A stretch of 62,510 nt of DNA, filler included, from Chiloscyllium plagiosum (Eukaryota): assembly GCF_004010195.1 (NCBI RefSeq). It is 4 parts of 2 records of this genome, joined end to end, with 100 filler letters (N's around TTAATTAATTAA, not from the genome) between each part and the next. Parts side by side here need not be neighbours in the genome. Positions count along the whole stretch, not along the records: positions 24,781 to 43,384 come from NC_057713.1; 3 more parts are not named here. The stretch is one strand, 5' to 3'. How positions within the stretch are numbered: position 1 is the stretch's first letter; every line of letters begins with the position of its first letter. Below, piece after piece: positions 26,484-39,138 of this stretch. The notes beneath the pieces are model-generated. The model saw nothing but the letters and a program-made list of their open reading frames with translations. It searched no databases and had not been told where the DNA came from. A program made the position numbers and the translations under genes.

Positions 26484-27743
26484 CTAGGTGCAGAAAGAAA
26501 ACAGAAGAGTTACATTAGTTTAAAACACACACACAAGAAAATAAAAATCAAAATGAATGTATTTAGCTTCTCCCCCTCACCTACTCAACAATCACGTTGG
26601 CATCAACAAGTCAAGAATACAAACGTAACCCAATGTTTAGACTTTGCCAAGAACACCACAGTCCTAATTTATTTTAATGAAACTAAAAACTACAGATGCT
26701 GGAGATCTGAAACAAAAACAGAAACTGCTGGAGAAACTCAGGAGATCTGGCAGCATCTGTGGAGAGAGAAACAGAGTCCAGTGACCTTTCATCAGAATTG
26801 ACTCCAGACTTGAAACATTAACTCTGTTTCTCTCCCAACAAATGTAACCACACATGCTGAGTTATTCCAGCAATTTCTCTCCTGATTTATTTATACTATG
26901 AAACTGTGTGAAATGTTAATGTCATCATTCATACTCAGATAAAGTGTAAGGAGGATGCTTAGACGTAAGAATTTTGGTGACATATTTCTGCTTACAGCTG
27001 TCACCTATCCTCAGAACTGACAAGTGGAGCACATTTAAATATGTCCATCATGTTTATATTGAGTATTATCTTTTCGGACAGTTAGGCTGCTCTGGCCAAA
27101 ATGTCCAATGTGAACTATCTTGTGCTACAAGAGCCAGGCAATAAGGTATAACAATTATTTGATGTCCTGAGGTAACTTGTCCAAATGGTTATTTTTCACA
27201 TGTGAAACTCGACACATTAACTTACTATGATATATGATTGAAGTTTAACTCCTAAATCTATGGACTAGGATTATGTTAGAGTTTAGAATCATAAATAGTC
27301 GAGAATGTATTGTTGGAAAAGCACAGCAGGTCAGGCAGCATCCAAGGAGCAGGAGAATCGACATTTTGGGCAGATGTCCTTCATCAGGAATATTGCTCCT
27401 GCGTCTTGGATGCAGCCTGACCTGCTGTACCTCTCCAGTACCACACTTTTCGACTCAAACCCACCCATTTCTGGTTTCAGTGTGCAACGGTCACTGACCA
27501 ATCAATTCATGGGAGGCAGCTTGATTGTTTAAACATTAAAGTGAAGATTCCATTTTAACCACAGTTGGGTTTCCCTGATTTCAGGAAACTGGCCAGTTCG
27601 TTGGAGGTGAACTGGTTGAAGTAATGAAGAATGTGCTGTTACAGAGCTGCTAATGTGTGTCATAAATGTCCCAACAAGCTATTCAGTAAAACCTATACCC
27701 AGCCACAGCCTCATCTATTGTTAGCTCTCCCTGCCCATCCCAC

Positions 27744-28334
27744 TGTTATGGACCTGGCCAGTACCCCCTCAAATTATTATTAGAAGGTAGCTTAGACGCT
27801 AAATTTTTCTTATTTTACAGGCAGATGTGAAGTGAATATTCCAGGTGTGATGCAGCTGGCCAAACCACTTAGCTTTAAGCAAAATAGAATTTATTCAAAC
27901 ACTACAGTTGAAAGACAAATAAAATAAAACTGCACTTAGAATAACTTAACTATTGGGAAACTTAACTGACCCCGTACAGCAACTTAATGAAGGAATTGTT
28001 CCAAGCCAGTAACATCCCATAAATACACCCCTTGGCTAAAAGGTAAATTGAAACTCAGATTGGTATAGGCAGGAGGAGCAACATCCAGCGAGATTTCAGA
28101 GAGAAAGTCAGTCAGGAATCATCTGCTGAAGCTTGTAACCTTCCTGGACTCCAGCATCCTGTGTCTGCTACAGCTTAACCAAACTAGAAAAACCTGAACT
28201 GGGAGAACTGGCTACTCCCCTGCCATTGTTAAACTAGGCCGTTCCTAGATCCCTCGGCACCTCTACTTTTATGTCCTCTCTTTAAAAAAAAACTCAAGGA
28301 CAAAATAACCCGTTTAAGGTGACAGCAAGTTACA
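27744..28334 (-). mobile_element. Solo LTR
   Basis: TGTTA...TTACA termini, flanks CCAC/CTAC, poly(A) signal on the minus strand (tttatt at about 27890). Confidence 0.6.
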
Positions 28335-28830
28335 CTACAATCACTTACCTCCCCCACCAATCATACCCAACATGTGGCATTCTTTAGCCAGCAGTAGACT
28401 TCCTGATCACCACCAAAATTGCACCCCAACCACAAGCGGACACCCTCCAACCATCACCAGTCCCCATGGGCCAGCACTGGACACATCAACTTCCAGTCCC
28501 TCCAGCTGACCACTATATCTGTCCCACCCCAAAGACCATCAAGGCAATCCCTGCAACCAACATCTCGGAATCAACATCCAAGTTACCTCCATCCCACAAC
28601 TGGAATACCTGAATCCCTGCGACCCTTTCCTAGATTCCAGCCTCCTTCCCATCCATCCAGGGATGGGGTTGATCCCCAAGCCGATTAGGCACTACTCCTG
28701 CCTACCCATGGAGATGCTAGGAGCAGCATAAGACATACCTAAAAATGGGGTGACCACTAGGTGAAGTATAATGTTCCTGGGCTACTTGGATACCAGGCAG
28801 CAGGAGCAACATGTGATAGACACAGCAGCG

Positions 28831-29399
28831 TGTTATGGACCAGACCAAGCCCCCTCAAAATATTCAGAAGTTAGCCTTGACCCTAATGTATTATTATCTT
28901 AAAGATATATGTAAGGTGTCGCATTCCAGATGCAATTTGTTTGGTCAAACTACTGGATTTAAAGCAAAACACACTTTATCCATCTATGACAGTTAAAATA
29001 CAACAGAAGAAAGAAAGAATTGGATTAATTTAACTCTACTTGGAAACTTAATAGAAGCAATGACATTCCAAAAACACACCCTTGGTAGAGGGAAACTTAG
29101 AAAACAGATTGTCTCACATGCTTCTCCACTATCAGGCAGAGAACCCCTAACATCCAGCTATAACCAAGAGAGGGGAAAGAAATAGCTTCCACTTCTTCCC
29201 AGATCCAGACAGCAAGCTGAAAGCTAATTCTAAACTCCCTGTTTTTGTTGGAGCTCCACCACACCCACTCAGGCTGCTTCTATTGTTCCAACTTTTTAAA
29301 GTTGTTATCTTCTTCAGACTGCTTGGAACCTGTCCCCCAATCTCTGTCTAAAAGAAACTCGGACAAAACACATCTCTTAAAGCCACAGCATCGATCCCA
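28831..29399 (-). mobile_element. Solo LTR related to 27744-28334
   Basis: Same TGTTATGGAC.....CCCCCTCAAA start and colinear internal motifs (ggtcaaac.ac, aagcaaaa, acacacccttgg, ggacaaaa). Confidence 0.55.
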
Positions 29400-29744
29400 T
29401 AGATAACAGCTAAGCAGTACTGTCATATCCAGCTATGAATGATGATGTATGATTAAACCACATACACAATGATGTCAAAGGACAGACAGTTAATATAAAA
29501 GACAAGACCCAGCATCAGTCAGAAGGGCCAAGAGGACAATCCATCTTGGCTTCCTCCTGAAAGTCCAAACATCACAATTCCTAGTCTTCAACTAACTCGA
29601 TTCACTCCCTGTGATCTCAAGAAATGGATGAAGGCACTGGATGCAGCAAAGACACTAGGTCCTGGATAGCTCTCAGCAGTTTCAGTGAAAGTGTGTGCTC
29701 CATCAGCGGGTCAGAAAGAGGCTGTAGTGGTCAATACTGGTCAA

Positions 29745-31832
29745 GTTTTGTTGGGAACGAACGAGACTCGCGGTTGGTGTGTTGCCTCCCAGGTGCCAGG
29801 GTCCGTGATGTCTCAGATCATATCTTTGGGGTTCTGATGGGAGAGGGTGACCAGCCTCTAGTTGTTGTCCATGTAGGTACCAACGACACAGGTAGAAACA
29901 GGGATGGGGATGTAAGGCAGGATTTCAGGGAGCTAGGGTGGAAGCTGAGAGCTAGAACAAACAGAGTTGTTATCTCTGGTTTGTTACCCGCGCCACGTGA
30001 TAGTGAGGCAAGGAACAGAGAGAGATATCAGCTGAACATGTGGCTGCAAGGATGGTGCAGGAGGGAGGGTTTCAGGTACATGGATAATTGGGGCTCATTC
30101 TGGGGAAGGTGGGACTTGTACAAACAGGACGGTCTTCACTTGAAACAGAGGGGTTCTAATATCCTTGGTAGGAAATTTGTTGGTGCTATTCAGATGGGTT
30201 TAAACTAGCTCAGCAGGGGGATGGGAATCTGAGGTGTAGTTGTGGTGCACAGGAGGATGAGAGTAGGAAGGACAGGGACAGGATTTCAGGGTCACAGGAA
30301 TGTGCTGGCAGACAGCAAACTGGTTTGAAGTGTGTCTACTTCAATGCCAGGAGTATCCGAAATAAGGTAGGTGAGCTTGCAGCATGGATAGGTACCTGGG
30401 ACTTCGATGTTGTGGCCATTTCGGAGACATGGATAGAGCAAGGTGAGGAATGGATGTTGCAGGCTCCAGGGTATAGATCTTTCATTAAGAACAGCCAAGG
30501 TGGTAAAAGAGGGAAAGGTGTGGCATTGTTAGTCAAGGATACTATAACCGTGGCTGAGAGAATTTTTGATGAGGACTTGTCTACTGAGGTAGTGTGGGCT
30601 GAAGTTAGAAACAGGAGAGGAGAGGTCACACTGCTGGGAGTTTTTTATAGGGCTCTGCAAAGTTCCAGGGAGGTGGAAGAGAGGATTAGCAAAATTATTC
30701 TGGGTAGGAGTGAAAGGAACATGGTGGTCAATATGGGGGACTTTAACCTCCCCAACATTGACTGGAAATGCTATAATTCTAGTACATTGGATGGATCAGT
30801 ATTTGTCCAATGTGTACAGGAGGGTTTCCTGACACAGTATGTCGAAGGGCCGACAAGAGGGGAGACCACACTGGATCTGGTGCTTGGTAATGAACCAGGC
30901 CAGGTGTCTTATTTAGTTGTAGGTGAGCACTTTGGAGAGAGTGACCATAATTCAGTTACGTTTAGTTTAGCAATGGAAAGGGGTAGGTACATGCCACAGG
31001 TCAAGAGTTACCGATGGGGTAAGGGCAATTATAATGCGATTAGGCAAGAATTAGGATGCATAGAATGGGATAGCAAAATGCAGGGGATGCAGACAATGGA
31101 AATGTGGAGTTGGTTTAAGGAATAGATATTGCGTGTCCTTGATAGGTATGTCCCTGTCAGGCAGGAAGGAAGTGATAAGGTAAGGGAACTGTGGTTTACA
31201 ACAGAAATTGCATCTCTTGTTAAGCAGAAGAAGGAGGCTTATGTGTTGATGAGGCAAGGTGGTTCAGATGAAGCGATGGAGAGTTACAGAGCAACTTGGA
31301 TGGATTTAAAGAGAGAGTTAAGAAGAACAAAGAGAGGACACAAGCAGTCTTTAGCAAATAGAATAAAGGAGAACCCTAAAGCTTTCTATAGGTATGTGAG
31401 GAATAAAAGGATGACTAGGGTAGGAATAGGGCTAGTCAAAGACAAAAGTGGGAAGTTGAGTGTGGACCCTGTAGAGATCGGAGCAGTGCTAAACGAACAT
31501 TTCTCATTGGTTTTCACTCAGGAAAAGGAGAATATTGTAGAGGAGAAGAATGAGGTACGAGATATTAGACTAGAAAAGATCGAGGTTAGTTATGAACAGG
31601 TCTTATCAATTCTAGAAGGAGTGAAAGTAGACAAGTCCCCTGGGCCGGATGGGATCTATCCGAGGATTCTCTGGGAAGCTAGGGTGGAGATAGCAGAGCC
31701 TTTGGCTTTGATACTTGAGTCATCATTGTCTACAGGTTTAGTACCAGAGGATTGGAAGATTGCAAATGTTGTGCCCTTGTTCAGGAAGGGCAGTAGAGAT
31801 GACCCAGGTAATTATAGACCAGTGAGCCTTAC
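29745..31832 (+). mobile_element. CR1 LINE internal segment: ORF1 esterase end plus ORF2 APE endonuclease to the start of RT, with one in-frame stop
   Basis: VVVHVGTND..QDGLHL (ORF1, ends 30208). NARSIRNK..ISETW..GDFN..LDLV..SDH (APE). TAG at 31123-31125. Breaks at DDPGNYRPVSLT. Confidence 0.92.
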
Positions 31833-31999
31833 TAGAACAAACAGCCCTATCAACCATTAAACCAAAAATCTGGGTCCGCTACGTAGCTGACACCTTTGTC
31901 ATCACAAAACAAAACAAGATAGAAGAGACATATAACATCATCAACAATACCCTCACAGGCATAAAGTTCACCAAGGAGGAAGAAACTGACAACAAACTC
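31832..31999 (+). mobile_element. Penelope reverse-transcriptase fragment
   Basis: Translates LEQTALSTIKPKIWVRYVADTFVITKQNKIEETYNIINNTLTGIKFTKEEETDNKL: the Penelope WxRYVDD motif (here YVAD) and IKFT.E.E. Confidence 0.8.
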
Positions 32000-32635
32000 A
32001 CTGTTTCACCACCAACGGTCATTTGAGTGGGAGCAGCGGCCGAGTTGAGGTGAACCCGGGAGACTACAGCTAAGGTAAGAGTTTTTTTCAAAATTACTTA
32101 CCTGTAGCGGGCAGCGGTGTTTTGTTTTCTCTCTCCTACACAGAAAGAGCGGGAGCAGCAGAGGAAGTGACGGCAAGCAGAGGGGCAGCCGGGAAGGAGA
32201 ACTGTGAGTATAAATACTCACTGTTTCACCACCAACGGTCATTTGAGTGGGAGCAGCGGCCGAGTTGAGGTGAACCCGGGAGACTACAGCCATGGTAAGA
32301 GTTTTTTTCAAAATTACTTACCTGTAGCGGGCATCGGTGTTTTGTTTTCTCTCTCCTTCACAGAAAGAGCGGGAGCAGCAGAGGAAGTGACGGCAAGCAG
32401 AGGGGCAGCCGGGAAGGAGAACTGTGAGTATAAATACTCACTGTTTCACCACCAACGGTCATTTGAGTGGGAGCAGCGGCCGAGTTGAGGTGAACCCGGG
32501 AGACTACAGCTAAGGTAAGAGTTTTTTTCAAAATTACTTACCTGTAGCGGGCATCGGTGTTTTGTTTTCTCTCTCCTTCAAAGAAAGAGCGGGAGCAGCA
32601 GAGGGAAGTGACGAAGACCGGAGGGGCAGCCGGGT
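31996..32635 (+). repeat. 220-bp tandem monomers (about 2.8 copies) forming the CR1 5' UTR
   Basis: ctgtttcacc recurs at 32001, 32221 and 32441; copies are nearly identical and CpG-rich, and lie directly upstream of the ORF1 ATG at 32824. Confidence 0.9.
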
Positions 32636-32823
32636 AGGTTTTTTTCCCTTTAAAAGCGTGCCGGAGAAGAACCCGAGGCACTACAGAGGTAGTGTCTCCC
32701 ACCCGCCCTCCTCCTCTAATCTAAATAATAAGACCCGTTGTGATAAGTAGGTAAGTGCTGCATTTTGCTTGTTGTATTCTTTAGACCCAGTTTTTTTTTT
32801 AATAAAAGGTTACTTTCAGAGGG

Positions 32824-33377
32824 ATGGCAGTGAAGGCAGTGCAATGTTCCTCCTGCAACATGTATGAGGTGAGGGATGCCATCGACGTCCCTGCCGATTA
32901 CACTTGCAGGAAGTGCACCCATCTCCAGCTCCACCAAGACCGTGTTAGGGAACTGGAGCTGGAGTTGGATGAACTTAGGATCATTCGGGAGGCAGAGGGG
33001 GTCATAGATCAGAGTTACAGGGAAGTAGTAACTCCAAAGATGGCAGATAGATGGGTGACAGTGAGGGGGACTGGGAGGAAGCAGCCAGTGCAGGGACCCC
33101 CTGCGGCCGTTCCCCTCAAGAACAAGTATACCATTTTGGATACTTGGGGGGGGTACGACTTACCAGGGGTAAGTAACGGGGCTCAGGTCTCTGGCACGGA
33201 GCCTGTCCCCGTTACTCAGAAGGGAAGGGTGAAGAAGAGCAGAGCAGTAGTAATCGGGGACTCGCTAGTTCGGGGCACAGATAGGAGGTTTTGTGGGAAC
33301 GAGAGAGACTCACGATTGGTATGTTGCCTCCCAGGTGCAAGGGTACGTGATGTCTCTGATCGTGTCTTCCGGGTCCT
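32824..33377 (+). CDS. CR1 ORF1p N-terminal part (zinc finger, leucine zipper, start of SGNH esterase), cut by a gap
   Basis: MAVKAVQCSSCNMY..YTCRKC..VRELELELDELRII..AVVIGDSLVRG; open up to the N gap. Confidence 0.85.
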
Positions 33378-33712
33378 NNNNNNNNNNNNNNNNNNNNNNN
33401 NNNNNNNNNNNNNNNNNNNNNNNNNNNNNNNNNNNNNNNNNNNNNNNNNNNNNNNNNNNNNNNNNNNNNNNNNNNNNNNNNNNNNNNNNNNNNNNNNNNN
33501 NNNNNNNNNNNNNNNNNNNNNNNNNNNNNNNNNNNNNNNNNNNNNNNNNNNNNNNNNNNNNNNNNNNNNNNNNNNNNNNNNNNNNNNNNNNNNNNNNNNN
33601 NNNNNNNNNNNNNNNNNNNNNNNNNNNNNNNNNNNNNNNNNNNNNNNNNNNNNNNNNNNNNNNNNNNNNNNNNNNNNNNNNNNNNNNNNNNNNNNNNNNN
33701 NNNNNNNNNNNN

Positions 33713-34605
33713 TTTGCAGACGACACTAAAGTCGGTGGAGTAGTGGACAGTGTGGAAGAATGTTACAGGTTGCAGGGGGACTTGGATAAACTGCAGAATT
33801 GGGCTGTGAGGTGGTAAATGGAGTTCAATGGAGCTAAATGTGAGGTGATGCACTTTGGGAAGAATAACAGGAAGTCAGAGTACTGGGTCAATGGAAAGAT
33901 GCTTGGTAGTGTGGATGTGTAGAGGGATCTTGGAGTCCATGTAAATAGATCCCTGAAAGTTGCCACCCAGGTGGAAAGTTGCCACCCAGGTGTTAAGAAG
34001 GCATATGGTGTGTTAGGTTTTATTGGTAAAGGGATTGAGTTCTGGAGCCACAATATCATGCTGCAACTATACAAAATGCTAGTGTGGCCACACTTGGAAT
34101 ATCGTGTACAGTTCTGGTCCCCATATTTCGGCAAGGACATGGACGCATTAGAAAAGGTGCAGATGAGATTTACCAGGATGTTGCCTGGTTTGGAGGGAAG
34201 GTCTTATGAGGAAAGGCTGAGAGACTTGGGTCTGTCCTCATTGCAAAGAATAAGAATAAGAGGGGATTTGATAGAGATATACAAGACGATCAGAGGATTA
34301 GATAGGGTGGACAGTGAAAGTCTTTTTCCTAGGATGTTGACGTCAGCTTGTACGAGGGGGCATAGCTACAAATTGAGGGGTGATAGATTTAAGGCAGATG
34401 TCAGAGGCAGGTTCTTTACACAGAGACTGGTAAGGGTGTGGAATGCCCTACCTGCTAATGTACTCAACTCAGCCACATTAGGGAGATTTAAATAATCCTT
34501 AGATAAGCCCATGGATGATGACGGGATAGTGTAGGGGGATGAGCTGAGAATATGTCACAGGTTGGCACAACATTGAGGGCCGAAGGGCCTGTTCTATGTT
34601 CTAAG
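33713..34605 (+). mobile_element. CR1 ORF2 RT 3' part and tail
   Basis: FADDTKVGG; ORF 33971-34495 (with a small aaagttgccacccaggtg duplication); gggccgaagggcctgttctatgttcta tail. Confidence 0.9.
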
Positions 34606-35297
34606 TACCATATGCAGCACCCACTATGAAATCATGAGGAGTGAAGGGAACAGTAACTAAGGATCTGGAAGGAGTCAAGTTTCAAACCAGGTAATCCTAA
34701 CAGTCTGTGTAATAATGTCCACCATAAGATGTAAATCATTGCAGAGATGCAATAGACTATATCTGGGTTACTCCTCGACTTTTCTTGTTGGACCAGATGG
34801 TCGTGATCTTCATCCACACTAAATCACATGGGCACTGGAGAAAAATATACCTTCAAGGTATTGGTGGCAGCACATACACCATACTCTGGAATAACCATAA
34901 ACTTTAACATTCACCCCTCTACCAGTGACACCCAGCAGCAGCAGTGTGTAATATTCCTAAGATGTACTGTAGTAATGCATCAGGACTCCTTTGACAACAC
35001 CTTCCAAACCTAGTCAGAAGGTCAAAGTGTGATCGGCTTATACCATCACCTGCAAGTTCCCATAAACCACACACCATCCTATCGTGGAACTGATCCTTCT
35101 CTGTTGCTAAGTCAAAGTCTTGGAATTCCCTTCCAAACAGCACAGTGGGTGTACCAAAACCTCAGAGCAGTCAGGACTGCTGGCCATGTCTGCAAAAACA
35201 CACACCCCATTAACTGATTAAAGTGCCTTTGAGCTGCTGATGTCTCTTTTCATTCACTTACAACCTTCAGCACACCTTATATATGTGATTCCCCCTA

Positions 35298-35668
35298 AAA
35301 TAATAAGGCTCATGATCAGTTTATGCTCAACCTTGGATTGGCAAAATAATAAGGTTCATGATCAGTTTATGCTCAATCTTGGATTGGCTAAATAAGAAGG
35401 TTCATGATCAGTTTATGCTCAACCATGGATTGGCTAAATAATAAGGTTCATGATCAGTTTATGCTCAGCCATGGATTGACTAAATAATAAGGTTCATGAT
35501 CGGTTTATGCTCAACCATGGATTGGCTAAATAATAAGGTTCATGATCAGTTTATGCTCAACCATGGATTGGCTAAATAATAAGGTTCATGATCAGTTTAT
35601 GTTCAACCTTGGATTGGCTAAATAATAAGGTTCATGATCAGTTTATGCTCAACCATGGATTGGCTAAA
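35298..35668. repeat. 46-bp minisatellite x 8
   Basis: Unit AAATAATAAGGTTCATGATCAGTTTATGCTCAACCATGGATTGGCT; contiguous, no spacers. Confidence 0.95.
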
Positions 35669-36904
35669 ACAACATCTGTCCAATTGCAGTTTGGATTCTT
35701 ACAAGTAATCACTTTTGTGACAGCATTTCCTTTCACTCCTTATTTGTTCTTTAATTGGCACCTCTTTTGTGCAGATCCATTTACAGGTAATTAAATACTA
35801 ATGAAACTTTGAGATTTATGAAGCATTACCTCATATCCTGTGTAGTGAGAAACTGGAGCATTTTTTTTGGCCTCAGTTCAATTTTACGTGAGAGTCGTCT
35901 TCCAATAATTCAAGCTCAGAAGACAAGCACAATACCTTTTCTTCCCAAACACTTTGGAGAATTGATCAGTGCTTCTGACTTCCTGATATCTACTTGCTGA
36001 CAGAATTAGTATTACAGGGAAGTTGTTAATCCCACAGTACTGCTGCAAACGCTATTGTCAGGTATTTATTTACTGAGAAGGAACAGGAGTGGACAGGCAG
36101 AGTGCACAGGGCATAAGGTGCTACGTGACTCACTGAACTAACTACCCGGAGCAGGGGATGATGACGAAACTCTAGATCGCAGGGGAGGCTGTTTGCTTTC
36201 TGTGCCACCTGCTCCCCGGTTCCTACATTGACAGTCAGTCAGATGCACCACTGTGCTAAAGGCACCAAAGGTTACCACAACCCTCAGCGTTTACACCAAG
36301 GAGACGTTCCAAAGAATATCTCAGCAATCATTGCACTTCAGCTCATTGTTCACTGAATAAGTAACACTTGTCCCAGTTTGCCATGCTCCTGGTTTAACAT
36401 CCTGCAGCCAGGGCACCAGCAGCAAGCTCCAATTGCTCACTTCCCCAAAGTTCAGGAGTCACTGACTCTGCTGGTATAGATATTAGGTAACTTTTTGCGT
36501 AAATTGTGAAATTATTTTCTAACAAATGTGTCAATAATATGTCTCCCCATCAACAAAAATCACAGCTTGTCAATGCATGGCTCAGGAGACAGAGAGAGTG
36601 AAGTGTAAAGCAGTTAGAACCTGCAAGGGTTAACTAACATCACAAAATAGGCTTCGTCTGTCAGGATATAAAGGACTGTGGCTATTGTTTAATTCTCCAT
36701 ATCCACTCACACCAGGACTATAAGAGCTTCGATCTGACCTGTTTTTTATTGTCCACATAGCCCTCTGTACTGCATTCTGATTACACTGCTCAGGTGCAAG
36801 TTGAGCTCTCTTGTAATTTCTCCAGGTTAATTGGGTGTGCCTGGTGCTGCTCCTGGCAGTCCTGCAATCCTCTACACTTCATAGAAAAATATTAATGAAC
36901 CCCC

Positions 36905-37620
36905 CAAAGTAGGTACTCAGTCATTTCAGCCTGCTCCACCATTCAATTTGATTTGAATTGAAACTTGACTCTAAATTTCTGCACACCCCACCCCAGGATA
37001 ACCTTTCATCCCCTTGGTCATCAAGAATCTATTGATGTCTGCCTTAAAAATGTTTAAAGGTTTTGCATCCACTGCCTTTTGAGGAAGGGAATTCCAAAGA
37101 CTCACAGCCTCAGAGAGCAGAAGTGTTTCCTTATCTCTGCTTTAAATGGGTAACCCCTTACTTTTAAATTGTGACCCCCTGGTGCTAGAGTCTCCTCCAA
37201 GAGGAAACATTCTTTTGACATTTACCCAATGATCTCCCTCTCAGGATCTTAACATTTCAATTAGGTCACCCCTGACTCTTTTAAACTTCAGAGGATACAT
37301 GTCTTGCCTTACAAGACAATCTGTTACATTCCATGGATCAGTCGAGTAAACCTTCTTTGAACTATTTGTAGTTTATCAACATCCTTCCTTAAGTACTGAA
37401 ACAGCGCTGTACACAACACTCCAGATGCAGTCTCATGATTGTCACAGAACTGAAGCATAACTTCCCTACTCTTACATTCAATTTCCTCATAATAAAACAT
37501 AACATTCTGTAAGTTTTCCGGATTACTTGTTGAACCTGCACAGTAACCTATAATTCACATGCTCAGACACCCAGTTCTCTCTGCATCTCAGAGCTCTGCA
37601 ATCCCTCACCATTAGATGAC
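36905..37620 (-). mobile_element. Older CR1 3' fragment
   Basis: cctgctccaccattcaat, gaattccaaagactcac, acaacactccagatgcagtct: reverse-complement CR1 RT and 3' UTR motifs. Confidence 0.7.
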
Positions 37621-38129
37621 TTGGGACACCAATGAAATATATGATAATTTAGGAAAACTTATCAAAGATAGCGTCAGAACCATACAAGTTATTGAATGTG
37701 ATAGTGGCGTCCCAAGTCCAGTCCAAAATTATATTAAAAACTATAAATTGTAAAATATGAATGATAATATTAGTCTTTATCCCATATTTTTAGATTTAAA
37801 GCAACTCCCTATTGGGCACATTAGTCACGCGAGATCCACGGAGTTCATGAGCTGTGACACTGAATTTCCAAGGTGGCGAGTTAGCGAGTGATTGCAAATG
37901 ACAATGACCAATCTTGTTAAAGTCATGTATCAGCAGAAGATTTACAATTGGATAATGCAACAGCCTTTGATCTGTTTTTAAAAATTTTTTTTCCAACGTT
38001 CCAAAACAATGCAACAGCATATAAAACAGTAATTGCTGCTCCTGAAATTCGAGGAAATCACCTCCAGCACTGAAAATACCTCAAAAAAGGAGCAGCTGTC
38101 ACAGCTTCCATCTTGGATTACCCAGAATC

Positions 38130-39138
38130 CCACAAGGATTAGTGCTGGGTCCACTACTTTTTGTCATTTACATAAATGATTTGGATACGAACATAAGAGG
38201 TAGAGTTAGTAAGTTTGCAGATGACACCAAAATTGGAGGTGTAGTGGACAGTGAAGAGGGTCACCTCAGATTACAACAGGATCTGGACCAGATGGGCCAA
38301 TGGGCTGAGAAGTGGCAGATGGAGTTTAATTCAGATAAATGCGAGGTGCTGCATTTTGGGAAAGCAAATCTTAGCAGGACTTAAACACTTAATGGTAAGG
38401 TCCTAGTGAGTGTTGCTGCACAAAGCCATCTTGGAGTGTAGGTTCATAGCTCCTTGAAAGTGGAGTCGCAGGTAGACAGTATAGTGAAGAAGGCGTTTGG
38501 TATGCTTTCCTTTATTGGTCAGAGCATTGAGTACAGGAGTTGGGAGGTCATGTTGTGGCTGTACAGGACATTGATTAGGCCACTGTTGGAATATTGCGTG
38601 CAATTCTGGTCTCCTTCCTATCGGAAAGATGTTGTGAAACTTGAAAGGGTTCAGAAAAGATTTACACGAATGTTGTCAGGGTTGGAGGATTTGAGCTATA
38701 GGGAGAGGCTGAACAGGCTGGGGCTGTTTTCCCTGGAGCGCAGAGGTTGAGTGGTGACCTTATAGAGGTTTACAAAATTATGGGGGGCCTGGATAGGGTA
38801 AATAGACAAAGTCTTTTCCCTGGAGTTGGGGATTCCAGAACTAGAGGGCATAGGTTTAGGGTGAGAGGGGAAAGATATAAAAGAGACCTATGGGGCAATG
38901 TTTTCACACAGAGGGTGGTATGAGTATAGAATGAGCTGCCGGAGGAAGTGGTGGAAACTGGTACAATTGCAACATTTGAGAGGCATTTGGATGGGTATAT
39001 GAATAGGAAGGGTTTGGAGGGATATGAGCCAGATGCTGGCAGGTGGGACTAGATTGGGTTGGGATATCAGGTCAGCATGGATGGGTTGGACCAAAGGATC
39101 TGTTTCCGTGCTGTACATCTCTATGACTCTATGACTAT
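38130..39138 (+). mobile_element. CR1 LINE 3' fragment (young subfamily)
   Basis: ORFs 38142-38384 ([20 protein letters not shown]) and 38454-38750; (CTATGACT)n tail. Confidence 0.92.

Noticed and set aside
31996..32635. Repeat-spacer array or short repeated ORFs (31879-32091, 32006-32311)
   Set aside because: Whole 220-bp units repeat with no variable spacer; the ORFs are incidental translations of the CR1 5' UTR.
29745..34605. Intact, active full-length CR1
   Set aside because: In-frame stop at 31123-31125, break at 31832, a stop near 33815, a small duplication near 33960 and a gap; not supportable as intact.
35298..35668. CRISPR-like array
   Set aside because: Units are contiguous with no unique spacers, there are no cas genes, and the context is vertebrate; it is a minisatellite.
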